This document shows, piece by piece, positions 31,933 to 46,843 of a DNA stretch of 64,000 nt; position 1 is the first letter of the stretch; each line of letters starts with the position of its first letter. The notes under the pieces were generated by a model that was given only the letters and a program-made list of their open reading frames with translations, did not search any database and was not told the origin of the DNA. Position numbers and translations under genes: made by a program. The stretch covers positions 4,950,708 through 5,014,707 of the forward strand of contig CAVNZM010000017.1 in the NCBI GenBank assembly GCA_963693365.1, in the 5' to 3' direction. This DNA is from Amoebidium appalachense (Eukaryota > Protista > Ichthyosporea).

Positions 31933-32470
31933 TTACCTTCCCCTCCCCGCCTTCCCCCCTCCGCCCTCCCCCTCTTGCTCTCCGTGTGTGAGTGTGTCTG
32001 TGTTGGGTGTATCTATCGGTGTGTGCTGGTGTGTCTGTGGGTGTGGGTGTGTTGGTATCAGTGTGTGCGTGTGTGTGCGTGTGTGTGCGCCACTGTGACG
32101 TGCTTGTACGTGCCCTTTCCGTGCTGCGTGTGTGTGCACGGCGTATGTCTGTATGTGTGTACGTTGCACGCGGGTGTGTGTGTTCTCTGCACAGTGTTTT
32201 TTGGCGACGGATCAGTGTGTCAGTCGTTTGGAGGAGTACCGAACGAAGTATCATCATATTTTTTTTTTATTTTTAGGCTACTTTTCTTCTGGCCATATAT
32301 ATGGTTCCCTCCCCCAGCCCCGCTTTCTGGTAGCTGGACATTTCAATTCTTTCGACTAATAATAGTACACCGCTACCAGGTAGCTAAGCACTGCTTGCAC
32401 TGCTTAGCTACGAATAGTTATATACCAAAACAAAAAAAGAAAAAAAAAAGGAAGAAAGAAAGAAAGCCAT

Positions 32471-32932
32471 TCAGTACCCGCAGTAAATCAAGCACTCCAT
32501 CTCCGTCCTGCCCTCTTTAATGCAATTCGCCACACAATCGTCAAACGGTCCGAGTGCCCCACCCTGAACAGGTACGCGTACGGGCGTGTTTAAAACACTT
32601 CCTTCGCTGTTGGTCGGCGCGGTGGTGCCGGAAGGAAGTTGGCGCACAAACCTGTTCGAAGATGAAGAAGAAGCAGAGGAGGAGGAGGAGGAGGAAGAAG
32701 ACACACTGTCACTGTTGAAAGCAACTGCAGGTTCCGCGTGGGCGGCGGCAGGCTTTGCAGGTGCACCTGCGGGCTGTGCGTGGCCACCAGCGGGCGGGGC
32801 CTCTGCGTGCACAGCCCGTGTGATGGGGATGTCGCCGACAGGTGCCGGTGCTGTGGGTGCTGTGGGTGCGGACAGAACCGAGGTGGTGGCTGCAATGGCG
32901 CCAAAGACAGCGAAAAGGGCGGCAACCTTCAT
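32471..32932 (-). CDS. Family A copy 2: secreted prepropeptide, 153 aa, C-terminal CX3C-X9-CX3C
   Basis: Perfect Kozak GCCACCATG, signal peptide MKVAALFAVFGAIAATTSVLSAP, Ala/Pro pro-region, poly-Ser, RFVR|Q, then ...FDDCVANCIKEGRTEMECLIYCGY*. Upstream TATA and CCAAT are conserved in all three paralogs. Confidence 0.88.
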   Translation of the reverse strand: MKVAALFAVFGAIAATTSVLSAPTAPTAPAPVGDIPITRAVHAEAPPAGGHAQPAGAPAKPAAAHAEPAVAFNSDSVSSSSSSSSSASSSSSNRFVRQLPSGTTAPTNSEGSVLNTPVRVPVQGGALGPFDDCVANCIKEGRTEMECLIYCGY

Positions 32933-33864
32933 GGTGGCGGGTGTAGGTTTTAGGAAAGAAGTTGATAGAAATCAGTTAAGATTACTTTCAAGAGAGAGCG
33001 TGTCCGTTTCAAATGTGCCTGCGTGTTGTTTTTGTAACACTGCCTGTGATGGTGGGGGATTGATTTCGAATGAAATGGTGGTGGCAGCGCACTGCTATAT
33101 ATACCCACTTCAGGAATGTCGTCATCTGTTCCGTGTAGTCGGTTGTTGTGATTGGTAGCAAAACACCAATCAAACAGCGTCAAAGGTTTAGTAATCAAAT
33201 GCCTTTTGCAGCATTCCTCAGGATCGGGTGCGGATGAGGGATGACTGACCTGGACGGTGTGTGCGCCGGGCCCGGGAGTACCTATTGGGCTTGGTTTGCT
33301 GTGTCACCGTGAGTGCAGTAGTTATCATGATTCATAGGCCTCTATAGATACAATAATCATTGATTGAAAGTATTGTGAAACCCTGGGTCTATATATATCG
33401 ACTCGTGAAACCCTGGGTCGATATATATGCCTATATATATCGACTCGTGCGAGCTCGAGCTAGGCCGGTGCTGCAGCCTCTGCTGTACACGTACGTACAT
33501 GTAGACTGTTTGTGTGTGTGTATCGGCCGTTTTTTTTTTGTTGGGGGGGGGGGCGGGGAGGGGGGGGGGGGGGGGGAGGGGGGTACGTGCATACTTTCGA
33601 GTTATTGGTATACCCAAAGCAAGGCCCTAGGCGCGTCACAAAACCCCTCCCTCTCGGCCCTTCCCCCTTCCCTGCTCCCCCCACCCCCTCCCCCCCCTAG
33701 GCCTCACCCCTCCCCTCCCCCCCCCCCCCCCCCCCGGACAAATGCACACACACTCACGTACACACACTCAGCGACACGCCCCTCCCTCCCTCCCTCCAAC
33801 CGCACGGGGGCCACTCACACACGCACGCCCCTTGGGCTAAACGGGCTGGGCTCATGTGCCGCTC

Positions 33865-33931
<67 letters not shown>

Positions 33932-34383
33932 TGGGTGTTTGTGGTACTAGTACTGCGGACATACAAGCATTTAAATAATACACCTAGATTCAAGGTACGC
34001 GGCGTGGCTGGGGTGAATAACCTGGGCAAAGTGTGTGCAAAAATAGTTAGGATTGTTTAATGGTGTGTAAGTTAGCTTAGCTAATAATACCGTAGCACCG
34101 TAGCTAGAGTACTGTCGGTGCTGGGTAAGACGGTAGTTCCCCCTGAGGGCCCAAGGGGTCCCTCCGGGAACAAAACGGGATAAAGTAAAAATACATTCAA
34201 GGTACGTGCTCAACCCCCCCCCCCCCCCCCCCCCCGGACATGTAACACACACACACGCCCATCCCTCCCTCCCTCCCACCACCCGGGGGGCACCCACACA
34301 CGCACACCACGGGCTGGGGAGCGCTCATGTGCCGCTGAGCGTTTGACCTAGAAATGTGGTTGGACTCCTTTTCAGTTTTTTTT

Positions 34384-34414
<31 letters not shown>

Positions 34415-35946
34415 GGGGGGGAGGCGTGGGAGGCGTGGGAGGGGGGGGGGGGGGGGGGGGGGGGGCGTGGGTGGTTGTGGTAATGCAGGCCTACAAGTAG
34501 GTCCAGAATACACCCACATTCACATACAGATGTCGAAAACGGCGTGGTCCTACCCATGGCCACCTTCCCACCTGCAACCCTACAGTAACTACTCTTGCTA
34601 TGCACAAACAGTATCGGATTCCGAGCATGCCACACAGAGAGAGAGCGAGCTACAGCCCACACGTGCATACACCAGCCGCCGCATAAAAAAACGTCAACTA
34701 CATACGCACTTAACATCATTCCTCAGTGATCCTAAAGTAACATAAACCGTGAACCCATAATAGTATCACGCATGCCATTTTAGGACATTGCCTTTTTAAA
34801 ACGTGCTAGGCGACCAAGTTTTTTATGGCTATGGCATCCGACCGATCTTCACCTCTAAAGCCCAACCCCTTGCCGCTCTTTTTCGAGCTCACCACTTCCG
34901 ATTTGTAAAAGTTCATTGTCGGCACTTTGTGGCGTAGCGTGATTTTTGTGTCGGTGCTACGTCATATTGACGCCATATTCTGTTTGGTTTGATATAGTAT
35001 TTTATCACGTTTTGTCCCCAGAGGTCCATTCAGGGTCCCTTGGAGGAACTGCCGTCTTCCACCCAGTACCGACTATACTCAAGCTAGGCCCGGTGCTCTG
35101 GTGCCACCAGCTTAATTAACACACCATTACCATTCCTAACTATGTGCATGCGTCCACTTTACCGTTGGCAACCCAAGGTGGTTGGCACCAGGCTTCCCCT
35201 CCACTCAAAACCCTGGTTCATCTAAGGTAGTGGAAAGTAGGGTGTAGTCTTGGTGGTGTTAACGGTAGAGATGGGTGTATCATAGACGAGGTCTGGTGGT
35301 GGGGGCATGTTCCCTATGGCAGGATGTGGTTTTGGACGTGTGTGTGGCTACGATGTAGTAATATGATAATAGCCGGGGGTTGCACGGCTGTGTGTGCCTG
35401 TGGGTGTGCCTGCAGTCGTGGCATGCTGGCTGTGTGTGTGTGTGTATGAGGTGAGTTTTTGTTTAATTTGATTGGCTTAGGCAATATATATATGGTGCAA
35501 CTTCCATTTCTATCATGGTTGCGCAACTTCCATTTAAATAAATCCTTGAAAATGCCGACATCGACGTCAAAATACACTTCGTTTTCAGCACCATTTTAAA
35601 TTTAGACCATGGCATGCCCTGAGCCTGAACATGGTGGTGGCAGCGATGGTGGCTGGGGCGGAGATGAAGGGCAAAGCAAGATTATAATAACGATGGATGC
35701 CCCCCCCCCCCCCCCCCCCCCCCTAGGCCCCTCCTCCTCCTTATCCCCCCCCCCCCCCCTCCCCCTCTCCCCCCCTCCTCCCCCAAAATTCTTAAAAGGG
35801 GGAAAACAAAATCAGTTATGCACTAATACCCCGAAAACATACTTGATGTGCTTTAATCATGCAATAAAGGCCTCAGCCGGCCTCTCAATAAGTTTGATAG
35901 ACGAGAGCGCGAAGCATATGCATGATATTAAGCCCCTTTTGTGATA

Positions 35947-35977
<31 letters not shown>

Positions 35978-36330
35978 CCCCCCCTCCCCCCGTTCCCCCA
36001 AACTAACCTACTCGCTCTCATGCACAAACTGTCCACACATAAGCAAACAAAAAGATTGTTTGCAAAACACACCCACAACTCTAATGAGCCTAACAAACAA
36101 TTGGTGACACGAAGTCCCCTCCTTCACCCCCCCCCCCCCCCCCCCCCCCCCTTCCAAAAAAAAAAAAAAAAAGGCAAATAAAAAGAAAAAGAAACAAAAG
36201 AAAAGAAAAAAGAGAGGGAAATATCCTCCCAGATAGGTCGGACGGGGTGTGTCACTAAATTGCCTCAACAACTTGTCGGCCATGGCATTTGATGATACAA
36301 GCAAACTTAAAGAATCACATGTGCTTAAAC

Positions 36331-36503
<173 letters not shown>

Positions 36504-36712
36504 TTCCCCCCCCCCCTCCCCTCCGGATCCCAACGCCCCGCTTCTTCGCTCTTTCTCAGATCTTTTCCGAGAGCCTCTCTCTCTCTCTCTCTCTCTCCCC
36601 ATCTCGCCCTCCCTCCCTCTCTCCCTCCCTCCCGGCTCCCTCCCTCCCTCCCTCCCTCCCTCCCTCCTTCCCTCCCCGCTTCTTCGCTCTTTCTCAGATC
36701 TTTTCCGAGAGC

Positions 36713-36743
<31 letters not shown>

Positions 36744-36850
36744 CATCTCGCCCTCCCTCCCTCTCTCCCTCCCTCCCCGGCTCCCTTCCTCCCTCCCTCC
36801 CTCCTTCCCTCCTTCCCTCCTTCCCTCCCTTCTTCCCTCCCTTCTTCCCT

Positions 36851-37130
<280 letters not shown>

Positions 37131-37257
37131 TCCTCTTTTTCACCCCCCCCCCCTCCCCCTACCCCCTCTCTCTCTCTGTGTATCTCTGTGTTCCTTTAAT
37201 AGTCTGTTAGTGTATGTGTTGGTGTCAGCGCGCGCGCGCGCGCGCGCGCGCGCGTGT

Positions 37258-37342
<85 letters not shown>

Positions 37343-37827
37343 ACGTGTGTGTGCATGTGTGTGTGTGTGTGTGTGTTTCCTACTCTCGACGTGAAATTTT
37401 GGTGCCTTTGCCGTGTTGCGTGTGTGTCCGCACGATGTGTGTCTGTGTGCGTGTAATAAATTGTGTGTTAATATTCTGTACAGGCGCACTTGTTCTTCGA
37501 AATGGGAAGGAGGTCTGATCTTTTATCTTAAGTATATATATCGGTTATTTCCTGGCACTGCCAGGCGGAGTTACAATTATTATGTTTCTTGCCCACAGGT
37601 CCGCGTGTCAGTCACTCGGGGGAGTATCCGAACGAAGCATCATCATATTTTGTTCCTAATGTTTTTTGGCGCCTTCCCCTTACCGTGCACTTTTTGCTAC
37701 CGTGGACATTTCAATACATACAGCTAAGAATAATAGTACACTGCGCATGCTGTACAGGTGTCTAACAAATAACATACAGTATTATGATATATAAATATAA
37801 TCAGTGACTCTATTGAATAGAGCCCAC

Positions 37828-38568
37828 TCAGTACTCGCAGTAAATCATGCACTCCATCTCCGTCATGTCTGTCTCTTCCGCCATGCACCTGGCCATACAC
37901 TCGTCAAAAGGTCCGAGCGTCCCACCCTGAACAGGTACGTATACGCGTACGGGCCGGTTCAAAACACTGCCTTCGCTGGTGGTCGGCGCGGTGATGCCAG
38001 AAGGAATTTGGCGAACAAACCTGTGCAAAGAGGAGGAGGAGGAGGAGGAGGAGGAGGAGGAGGAGGAGGAGGAGGAGGAGGAGGAGGAGGAGGAGGAGGA
38101 GGAGGAGGAGGAAGACACACTGTGTGGAGCTTCATCAATTATTGTTGCTGTGTTTTGGGGCAATGCGGCAGGCTCTGCTGGTGCTTCAGGTGGCACACCC
38201 CTTGTTGTGGGTGCATCACGCACGGATTTAGAGACAGTCGCAGGGTCTGCGTGGGCGCCGGCAGGCTTTGCAGGTGCAGTGGCGGGCTCTGCAAGGGCAC
38301 CAGTGGCCTCTGCGTTCACAACCCGTGTGATGGGGATGTTGTGCCCGACAGGTACGGCTACGGGTTCTGCAGGTGCACGTGCAGACACATGTGTTCCACG
38401 AGCACTTCGTGGCATAGCAGGCTCTGCGTAGGCACCAGAGGGCGGGGCCACTGCGTTAACAGCCCGCGTGATGGGAATGTCGCCGACAGGTGCTGGTGCT
38501 GTGGGTGCGGACAGAACCGAGGTGGTGGCAATGGCGCCAAAGACAGCGAAAAGGGCGGCAACCTTCAT
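37828..38568 (-). CDS. Family A copy 3: secreted prepropeptide, 246 aa, C-terminal CX3C-X11-CX3C
   Basis: Same architecture as copy 2, with a duplicated IPITRxV pro-repeat and a long (TCC)n-encoded poly-Ser. Ends FDECMARCMAEETDMTEMECMIYCEY*. An alternative in-frame ATG lies at 38580. Confidence 0.88.
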   Translation of the reverse strand: MKVAALFAVFGAIATTSVLSAPTAPAPVGDIPITRAVNAVAPPSGAYAEPAMPRSARGTHVSARAPAEPVAVPVGHNIPITRVVNAEATGALAEPATAPAKPAGAHADPATVSKSVRDAPTTRGVPPEAPAEPAALPQNTATIIDEAPHSVSSSSSSSSSSSSSSSSSSSSSSSSSSSSSLHRFVRQIPSGITAPTTSEGSVLNRPVRVYVPVQGGTLGPFDECMARCMAEETDMTEMECMIYCEY

Positions 38569-39334
38569 GGTGGCGGGCATAGGTTGTGAAGTTGATAGAA
38601 ACCAGAAGAATTAGTTTGAAGATCGTGTCCCTCGCGAGTGTGCACGCTTATTGGTACGTGATTCGAATGAACTGGTGGTGGCAGCGCACCGCCTTTATGT
38701 ACCAACAGTCAGGAATGTCGTCATCTGCTCCGTGCAGTCGGTTGTTATGATTGGTAGCTGAGAACGAATTAAAAACAGTAAAGAGTTTAGCCAATCAAAT
38801 ACCCCTCTTAGAAAATCCGCAGCATTCCTCAGGATCGGACCGCGGCGAGACGTCTAGAGACGGTACGGACCGACGCCGAGGCTGGGAGTACAACTTGTTT
38901 GCTGTGCCACCGTGGGTGCCGCTGAGTACAGTGAGTAGCTAAATCCATATGCTTTGTAACTACAATAATCATTCAAGCATTTGCTTCAAATACTTACTAA
39001 AATCTGGATTAGGCGCACTATGTGCTGAGATGTTGAAGGAGGCTTCGAGGCAATGATTAGATCTCAAACAATGGACAAATCTAGATCTCATGTTAGTGAC
39101 GTCACGTCACAGACCCTGTGACTATGGCATGTATACGTTGACTACTCTACTCAGTGAGTCCTGACAATTACACATACAGACTGGTTGTGTGTGTGTATTC
39201 GCTGGTGGAGTGGCAGGGTGGCTGAATGGCTGGGTGGCCGGATTATGTTTTTTAGGGGGGCGGTGTGTGTGTGTGTGTGACGTGTGTGTGTGTGTGTGTG
39301 TGTGCGTGCGCGCGCGCGCGCGCGTGTGTGTGTG

Positions 39335-39415
<81 letters not shown>

Positions 39416-40308
39416 ACGTGTGTGTGCGTGTGTGCGTGTGTGTGTGTTTGGGGGGGGGGGGGTGTACATGTGTGTGTGTGTGCGTGTGTGTGCGTCGTAG
39501 TATGTGTGTGTGTGTGCACACCTGTGCCATATGCATGGATGGCACTCGAGCCCGGCTACAAATCCCGGAACTAGTACTATTGGTGGTGGTATTGGGCCAC
39601 CGGTCTGATCATGAGCCCCACGGCTGAGAATACGACACAGATTCCTTAGCAGCCGGAAAAAACAAAACACCTCGAGATGGATACCTTGGCTAGAAGCTCT
39701 GCCCAGCATCAAGGCTCAGGAGATTGCTCGCACAGTTGTAACTTGTCAACTTTGCGGACTTGTGTTGAAGCTGATGCCTGTACAGCCAAATTGCCAATAG
39801 GCATGATGTACCCATATTTGGGTATAACATGCATTGTTTCATTGGAGTTTGAGAACCGTGGTCATGTGAAAATGATGATTGGCTGTGCTACATGCGACAA
39901 GTCTCCCACAACTTCAGTAAAGCCTATCTTTCATGAAAAAGAAAAAAAACAATTTTGCCTGAATTCGATATGTTTAGCTTACAGTTTAAGACCTCGTTTT
40001 CTGTTGTATTACACGTATCACTATACAAAAAAAAACCCTCACCAACCCAGTTAACCTTACACATGTTAAATTGTATTTATTTGGAATACATGAGGGTCAA
40101 CGTGTACTTCTATCTCTACCAGGGCTTCTCCTGATTTAGACAACATACTGAAAATTGGGAGCACATTGTTTGCTCATACAACACACCCCACACATGGGAA
40201 TTTGGCGGGATTTCTGAAAAGGCAGGAAAAGCTTTCGTTGTCCATAACAAAGCCCACATTTTTTTCCCCTCGATCACTCTCTCCTTTCATCTTGACTCAG
40301 TATTCAAC

Positions 40309-40584
40309 ATGGCTAGCTACGAAGTGCATTACTTCCCCGCGCAAGGCCGCGCCGAGCCCACCCGCATCGCCCTTGCTGCCGCCGGTGTTTCGTTCAAGAA
40401 CGTGACGCCCAAGTGGCCCGACGCAAAGGAAAACTACGTCTTTGGTCAGTTGCCCGCCCTTGCCATCACCAAGGATGGAAAGACCAGCGTTGTGCCTCAG
40501 TCCATGGCTATGCTGCGTCACGTGGGCCGTGCTTTCAACCTTTACGGCAAGGTGAGTGTGGTGATGCTCGAAAAATATGGTTTC

Positions 40585-40632
<48 letters not shown>

Positions 40633-41612
40633 GTGCGTGCGTGCGTGCGTGCGTGCGTGTGCGTGTGTGTGTGTGTTTGATGTGTGTGGTGTGTTCATGA
40701 GACGCTTCCTAAGTGTTTAAGAGAGAGCGAGAGGAGGGGGGGGGGGGAGGAGGGAGAGAGAGAGGGAGAGGGGGGGGGGGAGAGAGAGAGAGGGAGAGAG
40801 AACGTGTGTGGGTGGGTGGGTGGGTGGAGGGAGGGAGGGAGAAAGAAAGAGAGAGAGTTAGAGTGTATGTGTGTGTGTGTTGGTGTGTCCAGATGTCCCT
40901 GCGTTGTGTTATGATGTGATACGATACTCAACCTGTGTGCAATCTGTCCGTAGAGAAAGCTGTTCACCCTCACCAACCCCCCCTTCCCTCCCCTCTTTCT
41001 CCTCCCCCGCTCCTCTCTCTCAATTTTCCCCCGTCCGTCTCCCCTCTCTCCCCTCCCCCCCCCCCCCCCCCCCCCCCTCGCCCCCTCCTCTCTCTCTCTC
41101 CTAACCGTCACCACATTCACCGGTTTTCAATGCGCTAAGACAAAGACCACGGAACGTGTGTAACACAAACCCGCCCGTGATCTAACAATTACATTGATTG
41201 AAAAAATACAGGATGAGGAGGAGCACACACAGGTTGATGTTGCTCTTGAGGGCTTGACTGATGTGATGAACTCCTATGTGAAAGCGTACTACCTGTCCGG
41301 CGACAACAAGGAAGCCGAGGTTACCAAGTTCAACTCCGAATACCTGCCAAAGCAGGTGAGCACACACACACACACCCACCACTTTTGCCCCCCCCCCCCC
41401 CCCCCTCCCCCCCCCCCCCCCCCCCCCCCTCTCCCCCTTTTCCCCTCAGTATCGGTCTGCCTGCTATGATGTGTTTTTCCCTCTCTCTCCAAATCTCTCT
41501 CTTCGTTTATACTGCCGGCCCCCCTTTTCTCTTCCACCGAACCTTCTCATTCTATCTCACAGTCTATTCCCCCCCCCCCCCCCCCCCTTACCTTCTTCTC
41601 TCTCTGACGATT

Positions 41613-41647
<35 letters not shown>

Positions 41648-42369
41648 TTTTCCGACCCACCCATTCCCCACCTTACCATCAACCTCTTCTCCAAAAGTCT
41701 ATTCTCTATCACGGACCCCTCCCTATCTCTCCCTCTCTCCGCCCCTCCACCCCTGTCCGAACCCCTTTCTACCCTGAACCCTAATCCCCTTCCTTTATTC
41801 CCTTTCAGGTCTCTCTCCCCAAGTTCCTATCCAATCTACACACACGCATATCATTCACCTGTGCATTCCCATTAGACTTTGCGTGCCTGTCCTCTCCTGT
41901 TTCCGCACATCCCCCCCCCCCCCCCCCCCCGGGTTTCCACTTCCTTCCTCCCTCTTTCTCACTTTGCACCCTCTTGTTTGGACTTCACTTCATCCCGTGT
42001 GTCCACCCCTGCCCCCCCCCTCCCCCCCCCCCCCCCCCCCCGCCCACTCCAGCATGAATGTCAAATTTGTACTCCGGACTATGTAAAACACATTCAAATG
42101 GCCCCACTCCAAACACCACCCACCCAAATCCATCATACCGATTCTCGTTGTTCTGGGGGCTGGCCTTTTGTTTGGGTGTATGCAAAATTACCCTTTGGCC
42201 CTTCTTCGCTTTTGTCTTCGTATCTACCCTTGCGTGTACTGCAGTTAGCATAACTCTTGTGTGTGTGTTTGCATTCTGCATTGTGTTGTCCGTCGTGAAT
42301 GTGCACGTCGTACTTAGGAGTTTGTAAAACGTCCAATATACACCCCCCCCCCCCCCCCCCCCCCCCCCT

Positions 42370-42410
<41 letters not shown>

Positions 42411-43047
42411 ACGCACACAGTGACACAAACGGGCACATTCACACACACGTCTTCCATGCCCGTCTTTCTTCTCCGCTATTGCGTGACCAACTATTTTTAC
42501 TTTCTTACTGTGTTCTCGACTCGAAGCCACTGATCTCGCTTTCTCAAATACCGAGTTCCTATACCTCTAATACCACAATCGCAAGATTATTAGTTCCAAT
42601 CCCCTTTAATCTTCTGTTTTTGTTCTAACACCCTTTATCCCATAAATCAGTTTAGCATCTATGAGCTCTAATACCCTTAATTCTCTAATTGGAAGACTGG
42701 TTATGATATATAAAATACCCTTATTATCACACACTTTGAAAATGAGATACGGGTTTTGCCGAATATTAATAACCTCAATATCTTACATGAAATACTGATA
42801 TCTACTAATATTAACACCGGGTCTTATTTAGATTGCCGTCTATGAGAAGCTTGCAGCCGCCAACGGTGACAATGGGCACCTTGTGGGCTCCACACTCACC
42901 ATTGCTGATATTCTCCTTTACAACCTCCTTACAAACCCGGGGTTTAAGGCACCCGTGGCAGAAAACCTTAATAAGGTTATTTCCACCGTCCAATCGAACC
43001 CCAAGATCGCTGCGTATCAGGAGAGCGACCTGTGCATCAAGAGTTGA
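40309..43047 (+). CDS. Glutathione S-transferase, Tyr-type (sigma/pi-like), 3 exons, 200 aa
   Basis: Exons 40309-40551, 41212-41355 and 42832-43047 (603 nt). Motifs [33 protein letters not shown], and C-domain [14 protein letters not shown]. Confidence 0.93.
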
Positions 43048-44600
43048 ACGAGAATATATACGAATACACGTTTGAAAATACGATCTATGTATGCAATTAC
43101 AGTGTGGATGTATAGTTGCATATGAATTTGTACTGTAATGTAGTTGTTGAATCAGTCTGTCTGGGGATATACTATGTGGGCAGAGCCAAGTGGGAGACGG
43201 TAGCCTCTGTGAGGTACGAAACGGGAAGTTGAAAATAAGATAGACTTCAATGACAAAAATGCAGAGCGAAAGAACACCTTTTACCTCGGAATATTACCGT
43301 TTGTTTTGGTGGGTCAGTCAGCCATTGTGGTGTGGTAGGGTTGTGCCTGTGTGATGTTGATGGATGTGGTGTGGAAACGGTGACAGTCTTAGAGGCTGTC
43401 ACCGTTTCCACACCACATCCTAGTGCACGTGTTCAGGCTGTTGTGTGCCAGTGTATGTTCTTCAGGTTTTCATTTGCATACACACTGTCTCACAAATTTA
43501 CTCACCCAAACACAATGAGACACGCAACTTCAGTACTAAACGCATGTGCGGCGGCGCCAGCGTGCGATCGCAAAGGTGTGAACCGGGTTGTGGTGTGCTG
43601 GTAAATGACCGGTGGTGTTTGGCGTTTGATGTGTATGGGGTGCTGCTACCTTGTGCTACATATTGTAGTTGTCACTGAACCCTCAATTCTCAAGGGGCAG
43701 GACTCGAGTTGAATTATAAAGGCACGGCTGTGTGAACGTGCACGTACATATGTTGCGTAAATGCACCTAATATAATAATAGCTATTAAATACATACCAAC
43801 CCTTCCAATTGGGTTCTCTTGGGCACGGCTCTTTGAGCTTGTCAATTATCGCACAGTGACCAGAGCTCTATTTTGTGCTTATTATTAGAGCTCGAGGGTA
43901 CAGTGAGGATGTGCCAGACTCCCAGTGCACATGTGGCGTGCTTTGATCCGTCGTCAGTGCTTCGAATTCGGTGTTTGGTGACTTTGACACATTATATCTC
44001 CACGTACTTATGATGTATGACATTCCGATAATCAACAGCACAGCCCCTTCACTCCTCCCCCCCCCTCCCCCCTCCCCCCTCCCCGACCACTTTGGTACCG
44101 GTAGATCTGCGCACACTCACCGTGGATGCACGAGACGTCACACGGCACACACGTGCGAATGCATGATGACACGCACACAAAATATAACCGGTTTTACACT
44201 GCATGATACCTATCTTGCATCCAGGTTAACACATGCCATGATCATTTCTTCCGTAGCGCGGGTTTCATCGTGTACACATGGTTTTGCCCGGCGCATGGTT
44301 TCCGGAGCCGGCACTTTACAGAAGATTTGACCGGGACTCCCGGTTGGCCAAAGGAAACAAGATCCTGCTTTTCTATTGGTTGTCGAGTTCCCAGGATGGG
44401 GCGTCGCGGGTTTATAATCCGGCCAGGGGCGGCTCAGTCCAACAATCAAACCTCCTCCACATCATCATTGAAAAAAGACAACCACTACCTACACGCAACG
44501 ATGCGAGCTCTAGGCAAACAAACTATAAGTGCCTAACCAACCTTTCACAACTCTTTTTATTATCCACATTTACCACTTCTCAAACCAAATTTAAATCAAA

Positions 44601-45144
44601 ATGGCCATCTCCAAGCTCAACATTATGTTCCCTGTCCTCTGTCTTTCAGGCCTTCTTCTCTCCGCCCTGCCTCACTTCTCCACGGCCGCCGCGGTGCCAG
44701 CAATTGCAACTTCAGACGCGCCCACAGACCTTACCACAGGCCCATCCGCCCAGGCGCCCGTCGCCCCGGAAGACGTCGGGGCCCATGATCCTGAGACAGG
44801 GCTCGATCGCGACAATGCAGAAACAAGGGCATGGTGGTCTGCATGACGTGCAAGTGGGACGACTGCAGCTGCGATATTCCCTCTAAATAACTATGTCATG
44901 ATTCCGCTGTGCGTCCAAACGATTGAGTGGCCGGCTCACCACTACTCTGAACACTGCTGGAACTGCGGCGGTGCAAACACGCCCGACGAGTACTGCAAGG
45001 ACGCAAACCCGGAGCAGCCGGGCTATGCTACGGTGCCGCACCGCTCGTTCTTCACTATGTATTCTTACGATGATGATAACTTACGTCGAGTGCAAGAGCA
45101 AGAAGAACAACGCTAATATTAACAACATCACGGTTGTCAACTAA
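44601..45144 (+). pseudogene. Family B copy 1: 10-Cys secreted protein pseudogene
   Basis: Collinear with 56298-56822 but split over three frames by indels at ~44810-44830 and ~45080. Confidence 0.82.
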
Positions 45145-45812
45145 TATGGCTCCCTATGTATACGTTTGGGATGGGGAAATCTGCTGGGATAGTTTGAGCC
45201 ATGTGGCCCGAGGCTGATTGACTGTGGGCACTGGTGGCTGATATATCCCCGGCTCAGTACCGGAGGCATAGCCCGGAGGCATAGGGAAGGTGTTAACCCC
45301 ATGGCCATATCGCGAGGCCGTGCCTTGCTGGGCAAACAAGATAAATAAAAAATATACGTTTGGGAGGCCTGCATGTGCAGCAGTTTCGGAATCTCTCCGT
45401 CTCCTTTTCGTTTCTTTCTTTTCTTTTCTTTCTTTTATTTTGGGGTCCCTTCTCTTTTCTTTTCTTTTCTTTTCTTTTCTTTTCTTTTCTTCTTCTTCTT
45501 CTTCTTTTTTTTTTTTTTTTTTTTTTTTGTTGTGTTTACAACATTATGAAAATTTAGTAGCAATGCGCCCCGTTGCAACCCTGGTCCTATCTAGCGTGAT
45601 TTTACGTCATATGAGGGAAGACGGAGCTAAGCCTTACCCTCAACTCAAAGCATTGTAAGTTAAATATATATGAAGCAGAGCAATAATCGTTTTCAATTAG
45701 TTGTATATCAGTGTTCGGTGTAGGTTCGTGTATCCGGCACCCCCGGGGTGCAGAATGTTAACGTTGTCGTCCACATTGCAATACAGTAAACCAAAAAAAG
45801 GGAAGGGGGGAA

Positions 45813-45847
<35 letters not shown>

Positions 45848-46315
45848 TTGGGGGCTCGTACAGCTTTCTTCAAATGCTATGAAATGTACAAAATAGGAGG
45901 GCTCGATCGTTCACATGTTAAAGCGTGTCTGTGTGTGTACAGGGGATGACTCATTAAGATATGGGTACCGTGAAAATAGGATCTAGTACTCCAGTGATCT
46001 CGCCTTTACGGGGTGCCAGTAGGGCTTGGTGTGTGTGTGTTGCATGGGGGGAGGGGAGAGGGGGAGAGGGGAGGGGGGGGGGAGGGGGGGGGGGGGGGGG
46101 GGGGGGGTTCTCATGAAAGACACGGGCCGGCCAATTGCAGTAGTATGTTAGGGCAATCACTTGGCCCTTAAAACACAATCACATGATCTTACACAACACG
46201 AAAGCCTTTGGACACCAGTCGAACGAACGGTGTTTTTTGCAGCTGCAGCGGGCACATTGGCCGGCTTTTGCATACATGCACACCTGGTGTGTGCACGTAA
46301 GGCGTACTTGGCAAC

Positions 46316-46362
<47 letters not shown>

Positions 46363-46425
46363 GGGAGGGAGGGGGGGGGGGGGGGAGGGGGTCCGTCACG
46401 GTGCGTGTGCGCGCGCGTCTCTCTA

Positions 46426-46502
<77 letters not shown>

Positions 46503-46514
46503 CCCCCTCTCTCC

Positions 46515-46545
<31 letters not shown>

Positions 46546-46611
46546 GCACTCTCTCTCTGACAGACAAAACACACACACTCTCTCTCTCTCTCTGACAGAC
46601 ACACACACACA

Positions 46612-46702
<91 letters not shown>

Positions 46703-46843
46703 ACGGTGTGTGAGGGTGTGTGCATGCGCGTGTGCACGTGGGCACATAATTATGTGTATCTGAATGCTATATGTCTGTCATGATGTGTATTTAAGCTGCC
46801 GTGTACTGTATGTGTGTGTTGTGTGCGTGCGTGGATGTACTGA

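Noticed and set aside
36535-36790. ~140-bp local tandem duplication, plus a short duplication at ~51285-51336
   Set aside because: These are ordinary slippage-type duplications with no sign of function.
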